Source of the DNA: Geopsychrobacteraceae bacterium
Lineage (GTDB): Bacteria > Desulfobacterota > Desulfuromonadia > Desulfuromonadales > Geopsychrobacteraceae
Length of the DNA: 64,000 nt
Reading direction: 5' to 3'
NCBI GenBank assembly: GCA_963676795.2
Contig: CAXXTB010000002.1
Span: 2,048,001 to 2,112,000 of the forward strand
Under the pieces are notes generated by a model. It did no database searches. It was not told the origin of the DNA and saw only the letters and a program-made list of their open reading frames with translations. The translations under genes were made by a program, and so were the position numbers. Below are positions 50,131 to 59,467 of this stretch, piece by piece; positions within the stretch are counted from its first letter, which is position 1; the number at the start of each line of letters is the position of its first letter.

Positions 50131-52029
50131 ATGATGAGCCGCTTTGATCAGGTACAGCTTGACAGGATAGCCATGAGTTTCAAAAAAAACGATCCATGCA
50201 CATTTCTTCCGACCACCCGCCAGGAGATGGACCAGCGCAACTGGGAAGAACTCGATGTTCTTTTCATCAATGGAGATGCCTACGTCGATCACCCGGCCTT
50301 CGGAGTGCCGCTGTTGGCGCGCCTGCTCGAAAGTAAGGGGTTCCGTGTCGGTATCATTTCCCAGCCCGACTGGAAGAACCCGGAAACACTGACAATCATG
50401 GGCCGCCCCAGGCTGTTTGCCGCAATCTCGGCGGGGGCGATGGACTCCATGGTCAATCATTACACGGCGGCTAGAAAGATCCGCCGCGACGATGCCTACA
50501 CCCCGGGCGGAATGGCCGGGAAACGCCCCAACCGTGCGGTTGTCGCCTACACCTCCGCCGTCAAGGGGGCCTTCAAAGGGCTGCCGACCATTATCGGCGG
50601 GATCGAAGCGAGTTTGCGCCGGTTGGCCCATTACGATTACTGGGACGACAAGGTCAGAAGATCGGTTCTCATCGACAGCAAAGCGGACCTGCTACTCTAC
50701 GGCATGGCGGAAACAGCCCTGCTTGAAATTACACAGCGGCTGGCGACCGGTGAAACGATCCAGCAGATAAGGGATATCCGTGGTACGGCATTTCTGGACA
50801 AAGAAGCTCCTGAAAAGGCATTGCGACTCCCCTCCTATGAACAGGTCGAGGACGATGTCGATGCCTACGGGCGTACCTTCAGACTGGCCAGTGAACAGGA
50901 CAACCCTTACACTGCCGGGATCTTGGCCCAACAGCATGCCCGACGGTTTGTCATCGTCAATCCGCCCGCCCTGCCGTTGACAACCGAACAGCTCGATGAG
51001 ATCTACGCACTCCCCTTTTGCCGCGCGCCCCATCCGTCGTACCGGGAAAAAATTCCGGCCTACACCCAGATCCGCCATTCGATCACCAGCCATCGCGGCT
51101 GCTTCGGCGGCTGCGCCTTCTGCGCCATCACCCACCACCAGGGTAAATTCATTCAGTCCCGCTCACAGGAATCGATTCTGAACGAGATTGACAGGCTCAC
51201 CGTCCAGACCGACTTTCATGGCACGATCAGCGATATCGGCGGCCCGACAGCCAACATGTATGGCCTGTCCTGCAACAATCCCCAGGCAATGAGCCGCTGC
51301 CGCAGAGCGAGCTGCCTCTATCCGCAGATCTGCCCTAACCTGAACTGTGACGACCAGGCGGCCGTCAGCCTGCTAAAAAAGATCAGTGCAAACCAGAGAG
51401 TCAGGCACGTCTTTATCGCGTCCGGAATCCGCTATGATCTGCTCGCCAGACAGCGTCGTTACTTCGATGAACTGATTCAGCATCATATCAGCGGCCTGCT
51501 GAAGGTCGCCCCCGAATCGACGGTTGACCGGGTGACCGATGTCATGCGCAAGCCCGGAGCGCAAGTCTTCATCGATTTTCTGGAAAAATTCCGCCAGCGT
51601 AACCTTGAACTTGGTCTGCGCCAGGCGCTTGTTCCCTACCTGATCAGCGGACATCCGGGCTGCACCCTCGAAGACATGCTGGAAGTCGCCCTGTTTCTGA
51701 AACGCCACGGGCTGAAAGTCGAGCAGGTTCAGGATTTCACCCCGACACCGGGTAGCCTTTCGACCTGTATATTCCATACCGGGAAAGACCCCTACACCAA
51801 CAAGCCTGTCCACATTCCGCGCTCCGCCAGGGAGAAGAGACTGCAGAAAGCCCTGCTGCTCTATCATCTGCCGGAGATGCGTAACGATCTCAAAGAGGCC
51901 CTGCGCCAGTGTGGCAAAGAGCAGCTGCTTGAGCAATTCTGTGACCCGGGAGCAAAACGCTCAAAGAGTAACGTCCTGCCGCGCAAGTCAACCGCCAGCG
52001 CCAAACGTTCAATACGTAAGAAACGTTAA
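50131..52029 (+). CDS. YgiQ family radical SAM protein
   Basis: GDAYVDHP, GAMDSMVNHYT, GGIEASLRR, RGCFGGCAFC, DIGGPTANMY; start uncertain. Confidence 0.92.
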   Translation: MMSRFDQVQLDRIAMSFKKNDPCTFLPTTRQEMDQRNWEELDVLFINGDAYVDHPAFGVPLLARLLESKGFRVGIISQPDWKNPETLTIMGRPRLFAAISAGAMDSMVNHYTAARKIRRDDAYTPGGMAGKRPNRAVVAYTSAVKGAFKGLPTIIGGIEASLRRLAHYDYWDDKVRRSVLIDSKADLLLYGMAETALLEITQRLATGETIQQIRDIRGTAFLDKEAPEKALRLPSYEQVEDDVDAYGRTFRLASEQDNPYTAGILAQQHARRFVIVNPPALPLTTEQLDEIYALPFCRAPHPSYREKIPAYTQIRHSITSHRGCFGGCAFCAITHHQGKFIQSRSQESILNEIDRLTVQTDFHGTISDIGGPTANMYGLSCNNPQAMSRCRRASCLYPQICPNLNCDDQAAVSLLKKISANQRVRHVFIASGIRYDLLARQRRYFDELIQHHISGLLKVAPESTVDRVTDVMRKPGAQVFIDFLEKFRQRNLELGLRQALVPYLISGHPGCTLEDMLEVALFLKRHGLKVEQVQDFTPTPGSLSTCIFHTGKDPYTNKPVHIPRSAREKRLQKALLLYHLPEMRNDLKEALRQCGKEQLLEQFCDPGAKRSKSNVLPRKSTASAKRSIRKKR

Positions 52030-52173
52030 AATTCAGCTCGTCAGGATGCAGTTCTGAAATCTCGGGCTATACTAGTCAGGAGGGTGCCTAATGACCGTTG
52101 TGAACCCACGCATCAGCAGGGACAGGTAAGAGATTGAGCGCGTGAATAAATGATCAATGCGGTGAGAAAAAAC

Positions 52174-52317
52174 ATGGACAACGACCAGGAACTGGATCAG
52201 AAAATCATTCAGAAAAACAACCAGCAGCTGAAAAAACTGGAGGAGAGAATCACCGTCCTGCAGCAGGAAGCCACAAAGCTGGAATCAGAGATACAGGTGC
52301 TACTTGTCGATAAATAA
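52174..52317 (+). CDS. Small coiled-coil protein (47 aa; alternative start 52150)
   Basis: MDNDQELDQKIIQKNNQQLKKLEERITVLQQEATKLESEIQVLLVDK; heptad pattern; stop abuts terminator. Confidence 0.55.
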   Translation: MDNDQELDQKIIQKNNQQLKKLEERITVLQQEATKLESEIQVLLVDK

Positions 52318-52348
52318 AAAAGGGCTGCTCATTCGGGCAGCCCTTTTT
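52316..52348. terminator. Bidirectional terminator
   Basis: AAAAAAGGGCTGCTC-ATTC-GGGCAGCCCTTTTT. Confidence 0.8.
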
Positions 52349-52359
52349 CGTTTATCCGA

Positions 52360-52740
52360 TCAGGACTCGGCGATCCACTGGCCGTGCAGATTACAGTACT
52401 CACGAGCGGTAACCTTGGATGCCGTGATATTGAAGGTTGCCTGCGGAGCAGCACCTGGCTTGAGGTACTCACGATAGACCTTGTCATCAGCAATCAGCTC
52501 AATCCACTCAATGTAGTGGGCATCTTCCATCGGATGAGCAACGCTACCGACCTTGACAGTGATGGTCCCGTCACCGAATTCAATAACAGGAACATGTTTT
52601 TCAGTTGCAGCGTCAACACTGTTCTCGGCCATCAGTTTCATATTCTCACCACAACACACCAGCGGTGCCGCGCCACCGTGCATAACTTCAACGATATTGC
52701 CGCAATGGATACATTTGTAAACTTCAAGTCTCTTAGGCAT
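52360..52740 (-). CDS. dfx: Desulfoferrodoxin (superoxide reductase)
   Basis: YKCIHCGN...VCCG, EKHVP, HPM..AHYIEWI, YCNLHG. Confidence 0.95.
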   Translation of the reverse strand: MPKRLEVYKCIHCGNIVEVMHGGAAPLVCCGENMKLMAENSVDAATEKHVPVIEFGDGTITVKVGSVAHPMEDAHYIEWIELIADDKVYREYLKPGAAPQATFNITASKVTAREYCNLHGQWIAES

Positions 52741-53035
52741 GGGTTGGTCCTCCTTGATAAAATTGAGTGTCCGGCTGCAACTTAAAAAGAGCCGACAGGT
52801 TCGGCCGGTCTGACGCCCCTGTCGTCAGGAACCTGGGCATATTACCACTGCCCGAATAAAATTTCACCCCTTTGGTAATATTTTTACGGGAAGCGTTTTT
52901 TTCATCAAAATCTTAACAGAAAATTTTCACTCTGCATGTCGAAGTTGTTCAAGCCGTTCATGATGAAGGCTACGCACCGCAATCCTGGCTCAGCCATGCT
53001 AAAATTTTATCAGACAACTCAGGCCGGAGGACGCT

Positions 53036-54700
53036 ATGCAACCCAATGATCAGCAACCAGCTTCATCCACGCCCAGACCGATTCAACAGATTGCCGAAAA
53101 GCTCGGAATAGATCCGGAAGACCTCAGTCTCTACGGACAGAATATCGCTAAAATCGATCTCAAAGCCCTGCAGCGTCCGGCCCGAAACCAGGGGCAACTG
53201 ATCCTGGTCTCGGCAACCACACCAACGGTCTCCGGAGAAGGCAAAACGACGACAACGATAGGACTGGGGCAGGCGCTCGCTCGCCTGGGCAAATCGGTCT
53301 GTATCGCCCTCCGCCAACCCTCCCTGGGACCATGCCTCGGCATAAAGGGGGGTGCCACCGGAGGCGGAGCCAGTCAGGTCGTACCGGCAGACCGGATCAA
53401 TCTGCACTTTACAGGGGATATGCATGCGGTCTCCTGTGCCAACAATCTGCTGGCAGCCACACTCGACAATCACATCTTTCAGGGGAACAGTCTGGCTATC
53501 GACCCACGGCGGATTCTTTGGCGCAGGGCCATCGACATGAATGATCGCAGCCTGCGCCATATCGTACTCGGCCTCGGTGGCAACAAACAGGGGGTTCCGC
53601 GTGAGGGAGGCTTCGATATCAGTGCCGCCTCTGAAGTCATGGCCATGCTCTGCCTCGCTTCAGACATAGACGATCTCAGACGGCGCCTGGAACGGACCCT
53701 GGTGGCGTTTACATACGCTGGCGAACCGATCTATGCCAAGGACCTCCGTATCACCGAAGCGATGCTGGTGCTGCTCAGGGATGCCCTCCAGCCAAACCTG
53801 GTCCAGACCACGGAAGGGGTTCCCGCGCTGATCCATGGTGGCCCCTTCGCAAACATCGCCCATGGCTGCAGCAGCCTGTTGGCTACCCGATTGGCTTGCC
53901 ACTCTACAGACTGGGCGATCACCGAAGCCGGCTTCGGTTTTGATCTGGGGGCGGAAAAGTTCTTCGACATCAAATGCAGGCTGGGTCATCTCGATCCGCA
54001 GGTCGTTGTGCTTGTGACAACGGTCAGAGCGCTGAAGAGGCACGGAGGAGCGACTGCCGATGAGCTTGCAAGAGAAGATCTGCAAGCGTTGAGCAACGGT
54101 CTCGCCAATCTGGAAAAACACATTGAAAACGTGCAGAAATTCGGCAAACAACCGGTGGTTGCCATCAATCGTTTCAGTTCGGACCGTCACACCGAACTGG
54201 ATATCATCCTGGAGTATTGTAAAACGCTGAAGATTTCTGCGGCTGTCTGCGACCACTTCCACAGAGGTGGAGAGGGGGCTCTGGATCTTGCTGCAAAGGT
54301 CATCGACGCCGCCCGGGATAGTCGTTCCTGGCGCCCCCTCTACCAACTCGACCTGCCGGTCGAAGAAAAAATCCGTATCATCAGCCGCGAAATGTATGGC
54401 GCTGATGACGTGGCCTTCACCAAGCAGGCCGAACGCGACCTGGAGGAGATCCGCCGCCTGCACTATGCGGATCTGCCTGTCTGCATTGCCAAGGCTCCCG
54501 GCTCACTGTCTGACAATCCGATGCTCTATGGTCGTCCCCGCCATTTCGATATCACAGTCCACTCCCTGCAGGTCAATTCCGGCGCAGGCTTCCTGGTGGC
54601 CCTGACCGGGGATATCCTGCGCATGCCGGGACTACCCAGACATCCGGCAGCAGAACACTGGCGGTTGCTGGAAGATGGCTCGATTGCAGGCCTGGGTTAA
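53036..54700 (+). CDS. fhs: Formate-tetrahydrofolate ligase
   Basis: GEGKTTT, GIKGGATGGG, NLHFTGD, HGGPFANIAHG, TEAGFGFDLGAEKF, MPGLP. Confidence 0.95.
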   Translation: MQPNDQQPASSTPRPIQQIAEKLGIDPEDLSLYGQNIAKIDLKALQRPARNQGQLILVSATTPTVSGEGKTTTTIGLGQALARLGKSVCIALRQPSLGPCLGIKGGATGGGASQVVPADRINLHFTGDMHAVSCANNLLAATLDNHIFQGNSLAIDPRRILWRRAIDMNDRSLRHIVLGLGGNKQGVPREGGFDISAASEVMAMLCLASDIDDLRRRLERTLVAFTYAGEPIYAKDLRITEAMLVLLRDALQPNLVQTTEGVPALIHGGPFANIAHGCSSLLATRLACHSTDWAITEAGFGFDLGAEKFFDIKCRLGHLDPQVVVLVTTVRALKRHGGATADELAREDLQALSNGLANLEKHIENVQKFGKQPVVAINRFSSDRHTELDIILEYCKTLKISAAVCDHFHRGGEGALDLAAKVIDAARDSRSWRPLYQLDLPVEEKIRIISREMYGADDVAFTKQAERDLEEIRRLHYADLPVCIAKAPGSLSDNPMLYGRPRHFDITVHSLQVNSGAGFLVALTGDILRMPGLPRHPAAEHWRLLEDGSIAGLG

Positions 54701-54823
54701 TCCTTTCCGACCGGCGTTCTGAGTTTGTTGCAGGAAAAACCGCAGAGTCTTCCGCACCCGTCGCTAAAAAGCATGCAATTCCAGAAAGATAAGCTGATAA
54801 GACCGTGACCTGAACTTTTTTTG

Positions 54824-54852
54824 CTGACGCGCGCCGGATGATTTTTTATAAT
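54824..54852 (+). promoter_or_regulatory. Sigma70 promoter of the ncRNA
   Basis: CTGACG-17 bp-TATAAT. Confidence 0.7.
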
Positions 54853-54863
54853 GGCCTCATAGA

Positions 54864-55049
54864 ATAACTCTCTGCCCTTCAGGTGAGGTCAGAACGTCCA
54901 CTCGGAATACTTTATTTTCGGGGTTTTCTTTCAAGAGTCTGGTGTGCCTGCCCACCTTTAGAGTGGGACGCCTAAAAGACGCATAGAGGACCCCACCTCA
55001 TTGGCACTCGATGTGAGTCCAATGACCCACGGGAGTGGTGGAGAGTTGT
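54864..55049 (+). ncRNA. ssrS: 6S RNA-like rod-shaped ncRNA (~185 nt)
   Basis: Closing stem AACTCTCTGCC/GGTGGAGAGTT; GGTCA/TGACC; central bubble; GGGGTTTTCT/AGAGGACCCC; GTCT/AGAC; GGTGT/ACGCC; apical CCCAC/GTGGG. Confidence 0.7.
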
Positions 55050-55055
55050 CGATTT

Positions 55056-55092
55056 AAAGGACCTGGCCTGGGCCAGTGTCCTTTTCTTTTTT
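55056..55092 (+). terminator. Intrinsic terminator after the ncRNA
   Basis: AAAGGAC-CTGGCC-TG-GGCCAG-T-GTCCTTTTCTTTTTT. Confidence 0.8.
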
Positions 55093-55172
55093 GTGCATAG
55101 CCCTACCGGGTTTCGCTGTGCTAGACTGCGACGCTGTTGATTATTGAATTTTTCTGAACATTGGAGTTTCGC

Positions 55173-56360
55173 TTGAACGAAAATGCTGAGTGCACCAGCG
55201 ATTACACCCGGGTCCTGATCGATGACAAGGAAATCATCCTGGTCGGCACCGCCCATATCTCGCAGGAATCGGTTGACGAAGTCATTCGCACCATTGATGA
55301 ACTCGATCCCGACACAGTCTGTGTCGAACTGGATGAGCAGCGCTACCAGGCGCTGATCAACAAGACTGGCTGGGAATCTCTCAACCTCAAGGAGGTCATC
55401 AAGAAGAAGCAGATGCTTTTCCTGCTGACGAACCTCGCGCTCTCCTCCTATCAGAAAAGGATGGGCCTGAATACCGGTGTACAGCCCGGGGCAGAGTTGG
55501 CTGCGGCCGCCCAGAGCGCCGAGGACAAAGGCAAGCGGGTCGTGTTGATTGACCGGAATATCCGCACCACTCTGCTGCGCTGCTGGCGTAAGGCGGGTTT
55601 CTGGAACAAGATGAAAGTCCTCGCCAGTCTGTTTGCCAGCCTCTTCGAAAAACAGGATTTAAGCGAAGAAGAGCTCACTAAACTGCGCCAGAACGACACC
55701 CTGTCAAGCATGCTTGAAGAGATGGGCAAGATCCTGCCAGCAGTAAAGCGGATTCTGGTCGATGAGCGGGACATCTACATGGCTCACCATATCCGTAATG
55801 CGCCGGGTACGACAATTGTCGCTGTCGTCGGCGCAGCTCATATGCCGGGAATCATCCGCATGTTGCAGGGTCCGGCTTCGACACCTGAGCTGATCCAGGA
55901 AATCTCTACGATCCCGCCTAAGAGCAGGATCTCGAAATTCATTCCCTGGTTGCTCCCTGCTATCGTCGTCGCCCTGTTTATCGGTGGTTTTTTTTATGGT
56001 GACAGGTCGCAACTGGCCAGCGCCGCTGTTGCCTGGATTCTGGCCAACGGCACCTTTTCTGCCGTCGGGGCCGTTCTGGCCTTAGGCCATCCGGCGACTA
56101 TCGTCTGTGCCTTTGTTGCCGCACCGATCACTTCGCTGAACCCGACTATCGGTGCCGGCTTTGTGACCGGTTTTGTCCAGTCCTGGGTCGCACCTCCGAC
56201 GGTTCGTGACATGGAACACGTTGGTGATGACCTGGTCAAACTCAGAGGCTGGTGGCAAAACCGCCTGGCCCGGGTGCTGCTGGTTTTCCTGTTTTCGTCG
56301 CTGGGATCATCAATCGGCACCTTTGTTGCGCTTCACTGGCTAAAAGACCTAATATCGTAG
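55173..56360 (+). CDS. TraB/PrgY (pheromone shutdown-like) family protein
   Basis: LVGTAHIS, VCVELD..R, PGAE, LIDR, LVDERD, AVVGAAH, C-terminal TMs with PITSLNP. Confidence 0.88.
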   Translation: MNENAECTSDYTRVLIDDKEIILVGTAHISQESVDEVIRTIDELDPDTVCVELDEQRYQALINKTGWESLNLKEVIKKKQMLFLLTNLALSSYQKRMGLNTGVQPGAELAAAAQSAEDKGKRVVLIDRNIRTTLLRCWRKAGFWNKMKVLASLFASLFEKQDLSEEELTKLRQNDTLSSMLEEMGKILPAVKRILVDERDIYMAHHIRNAPGTTIVAVVGAAHMPGIIRMLQGPASTPELIQEISTIPPKSRISKFIPWLLPAIVVALFIGGFFYGDRSQLASAAVAWILANGTFSAVGAVLALGHPATIVCAFVAAPITSLNPTIGAGFVTGFVQSWVAPPTVRDMEHVGDDLVKLRGWWQNRLARVLLVFLFSSLGSSIGTFVALHWLKDLIS

Positions 56361-56406
56361 CCATAGTTTTTTCTTCAGATCGTCATTTCTGTACAGGAGA
56401 TCCAAC

Positions 56407-57138
56407 GTGTCTGCCCAATACCGGCGTCAGCAGTTTTTCATAAAAAACACCCTGCGCGGCAGTTCCCTGACCCAGATTCTCATCTACGTCAATCTGATCC
56501 TCTTCACCCTGATGGTTCTGCATGGAACAATCCTCGGGGTCGGGATGGGAGCCATCATCAACCCACCATCACGCCTGCTCGCCCACTGGGGCGCTCAGTA
56601 CTGGCCGTTGGCCATCGATGCACATCAATGGTGGCGCTGCCTGACCTATGCCTATACCCACGGAGGGATCATCCACCTCGGTTTCAACATGGTCGTCCTC
56701 TATCAGGTCGGGCCACTGATTGAAGCGGAGATCGGCTGGTCCAGACTGTTCACGCTCTACACCATAAGTGCCTTTGTTGCTACTCTGGCTGGCTTTTTCT
56801 GGCACCCTGTCGCCATCGTTGTCGGCGCTTCCGGAGCGATCTTCGGCCTGATCGGCTTCTCTATCAGCTATTATCACCGGATCGGTGGTGCGCTGGCCCT
56901 GCAACGCCGCAACTTCATGTTCCAGTGGGCGGTCATGGCCTTCATTTTCGGCATCGTTGTCGGCGCCGACAATGCGGCTCACCTTGGCGGCCTGATCGCC
57001 GGACTGGCCATCGGCTGGTTCATGCCGACAACCATCCGTTCACAGAAAAAATCAGACCCGCTGTTTCGCGCTGTTGCAGTCATCTGCGCAATCCTGACAA
57101 TTATCAGCCTGGTTTCCATTCCCCTGTCCTGGTTGTGA
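56407..57138 (+). CDS. Rhomboid intramembrane serine protease
   Basis: WWR, HGGIIHLGFN, GASG, AHLGG. Confidence 0.9.
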   Translation: MSAQYRRQQFFIKNTLRGSSLTQILIYVNLILFTLMVLHGTILGVGMGAIINPPSRLLAHWGAQYWPLAIDAHQWWRCLTYAYTHGGIIHLGFNMVVLYQVGPLIEAEIGWSRLFTLYTISAFVATLAGFFWHPVAIVVGASGAIFGLIGFSISYYHRIGGALALQRRNFMFQWAVMAFIFGIVVGADNAAHLGGLIAGLAIGWFMPTTIRSQKKSDPLFRAVAVICAILTIISLVSIPLSWL

Positions 57139-57145
57139 GCGCGTC

Positions 57146-57628
57146 ATGGCCAAGGAAAAACTCCCCGGAACCCAGGCGATCCGCCTTCTCAAACAGCATA
57201 GGGTCGACTTTACTGCGCATAGCTATAAATATGAGGACAAGGGCGGAACAGCGACCAGTTCAAGGGAACTGGGCGTCGACGAACACCAGGTGATCAAAAC
57301 CCTGATCATGGAAGACGAGAACAGCAAACCACTGATCATTCTGATGCACGGGGATTGCGAGGTGTCGCAGAAACAGCTCGCCAGAGAAATCGGCTGCAAG
57401 CAGGTCACCCCCTGCTGTCACGACAAGGCTGACCGGGTGACCGGTTATCAGACCGGAGGCATCTCTCCATTTGGAACCAGGCAGAAACTGCCGGTCTACA
57501 TGGAGGCCTCGATCATGGAGCTGCCACGCATTTACATCAACGGCGGCAAAAGAGGTCTGCTGGTCGAGATTTATCCCGAAGACCTGGTCAGGGTGCTCAA
57601 TCCGACCCGGGTCTCGGTCGCCAATTAA
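57146..57628 (+). CDS. ybaK: Cys-tRNA(Pro) deacylase
   Basis: KTL, TGYQTGGISPFG, INGGKRG. Confidence 0.9.
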   Translation: MAKEKLPGTQAIRLLKQHRVDFTAHSYKYEDKGGTATSSRELGVDEHQVIKTLIMEDENSKPLIILMHGDCEVSQKQLAREIGCKQVTPCCHDKADRVTGYQTGGISPFGTRQKLPVYMEASIMELPRIYINGGKRGLLVEIYPEDLVRVLNPTRVSVAN

Positions 57629-57644
57629 GAAGGTTATACAAAAC

Positions 57645-58475
57645 ATGGAACAAGAACAACTCAGTGCTATCGCCGAAACCATTATCAACGCCAAGGGGCT
57701 GATCATTTCCGCCGGATCGGGGATGAGCGTCGACTCAGGCCTGCCCGACTTTCGCGGCGGCAAAGGATTCTGGGATGCCTATCCACACTACAAGGAACAG
57801 AACATTGACTTTGCAGACGTTGCCAACTTTCAGAACCTGCTGAAAGACCCTGCCACGGGCTGGGGTTTCTATGGTCAGAGAGCCAACCTCTATCGGCGCC
57901 TGAAACCGCACAGGGGCTACCAGATGCTGCTTGACTGGTGCGCGCGTTACAACCTGGAGAGCTTCGTTGTCACCACCAATGTCGACTGCCAGTTCCAGAT
58001 GGCCGGTTTTCCGGAAGAGAGCATCCTCGAGATGCACGGCACGGTCCATCACCTGCAGTGTACAGTCCCCTGCTGCGACGCAATCTGGGAAAACACTGAA
58101 CCGATCCCAGTTGACGAACAGACCATGCAGGCCCTGGAGATCCCCAAGTGTCCACACTGTGGTGAACTGGCCCGCCCGAATATCCTGATGTATGAAGATC
58201 ATCGCTGGAATTACCAGCGGATCGGAACGCAGGAACAGGCCTTTGAAAAGTTCCTGCAGGAGCGCCAGAACGATCCGCTGGTCATCATCGAGCTGGGGGC
58301 TGGGATCTGGGTGCCGACCTTGCGGCTGATGAGCGAAAAGTTCGGCCAGCAGCCCAACGTCAGGGTCATTCGCGTCAATCCCAAAGAGAACTTCATCACG
58401 CCACCACACTTTTCCTGTGCCGGCGGGGCTCTTGAGGTTATTGAAGAGATCGACCAGGAACTGCGCTCGTTGTAA
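57645..58475 (+). CDS. Sir2-family NAD-dependent deacylase, paralogue 1
   Basis: AGSGMSVDSGLPDFRG, TTNVD, HG, C...C and CPHC, RPNIL. Confidence 0.9.
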   Translation: MEQEQLSAIAETIINAKGLIISAGSGMSVDSGLPDFRGGKGFWDAYPHYKEQNIDFADVANFQNLLKDPATGWGFYGQRANLYRRLKPHRGYQMLLDWCARYNLESFVVTTNVDCQFQMAGFPEESILEMHGTVHHLQCTVPCCDAIWENTEPIPVDEQTMQALEIPKCPHCGELARPNILMYEDHRWNYQRIGTQEQAFEKFLQERQNDPLVIIELGAGIWVPTLRLMSEKFGQQPNVRVIRVNPKENFITPPHFSCAGGALEVIEEIDQELRSL

Positions 58476-58507
58476 CAAACCCGGCCCCGTCGAATTAAGG
58501 AGCAGGA

Positions 58508-59338
58508 ATGAAGTCCCCTGATTATGCAGCTCTGGCACAAAAAATCGTTCAGGCCGAAGCTCTGGTCATAACAGCCGGAGCAGGCATGGGGGTCGATTCC
58601 GGCCTCCCCGATTTTCGCGGTGATCAGGGCTTCTGGCAGGCATACCCGATGTACCAACATCTGGGTTTAAGCTTTGTCGATGCTGCCAATCCGGTCCACT
58701 TCGGCGCGGATCCGGCTTTTGGCTGGGGCTTTTACGGCCATCGCACCAACCTCTATCGCCAGACAGTTCCCCATCAGGGGTTCACGCTTCTCAGGCAGTG
58801 GGGACAGGCCTACGGACAGGAGACATTTGTGGTCACCTCCAACGTCGATGGTCAGTTTCAAAAGGCAGGTTTTTCAGATCAACAGATTCTCGAAGTCCAC
58901 GGCTCGATTCACCATCTGCAATGTACAACCCCATGCACGCATGATATCTGGCCAAACGATGAACATCTCGATATCGACCTCGCGACCATGCGTTCAAAAC
59001 AGATACCGCGCTGTCCAGCCTGCAAGGCCGCTGCCCGCCCGAACATACTGATGTTTGGAGACTACAGCTGGCTGCACCAGAGAACAGGCCGGCAGGAGAG
59101 CACATTTCATTCCTACCTGTCCCGCAATCAGACAAAAAAAATGGTTGTCATTGAGATCGGCGCCGGCAGTGCTATTCCGACCATTCGCCACCTGAGTGAA
59201 AACCTCGGCCGCCGGCAACAGTGTACCGTCATCCGCATCAATCCACGCGAAGCAGAAATTATCGGGCCACATCATTCCTGCCAAGGTGGAGCCCTGAAAA
59301 CCCTGGAAGCGATCGACAAGGCACTGAAGTCGGCCTGA
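58508..59338 (+). CDS. Sir2-family NAD-dependent deacylase, paralogue 2
   Basis: AGAGMGVDSGLPDFRG, TSNVDG, HGS, CPAC, RPNILMFGD, RINP. Confidence 0.92.
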   Translation: MKSPDYAALAQKIVQAEALVITAGAGMGVDSGLPDFRGDQGFWQAYPMYQHLGLSFVDAANPVHFGADPAFGWGFYGHRTNLYRQTVPHQGFTLLRQWGQAYGQETFVVTSNVDGQFQKAGFSDQQILEVHGSIHHLQCTTPCTHDIWPNDEHLDIDLATMRSKQIPRCPACKAAARPNILMFGDYSWLHQRTGRQESTFHSYLSRNQTKKMVVIEIGAGSAIPTIRHLSENLGRRQQCTVIRINPREAEIIGPHHSCQGGALKTLEAIDKALKSA

Positions 59339-59467
59339 CAGCGACCCGACGACTTCAATTGACAAAGTTTTCATAATCGTTATTATTTAAGCTATATACG
59401 CGTTGATACTATTAAAAATGAAAAGAACGGAGGACATAAACACACCCAGACGATAGGAACACAACTT

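Noticed and set aside
52078..52130. AGGAGG followed by a 12-codon ORF (MTVVNPRISRDR) as a leader peptide
   Set aside because: No regulatory codon run or attenuator structure; too short to support
52860..53035. ZTP or THF riboswitch upstream of fhs
   Set aside because: Conserved motifs of either class not found
54945..54990. GAGTGGGACGC resembling a c-di-GMP-I (GEMM) riboswitch
   Set aside because: Lacks the GGCAAAC, GAAA tetraloop and GCAAAGC context; better explained as the apical stem of the 6S-like rod
57645..59338. Sirtuins as anti-phage NADases (Thoeris/DSR/Sir2-HerA) or macrodomain-linked SirTM
   Set aside because: Single-domain, Zn-binding, His-containing deacylase type with no defence partner or macrodomain gene nearby
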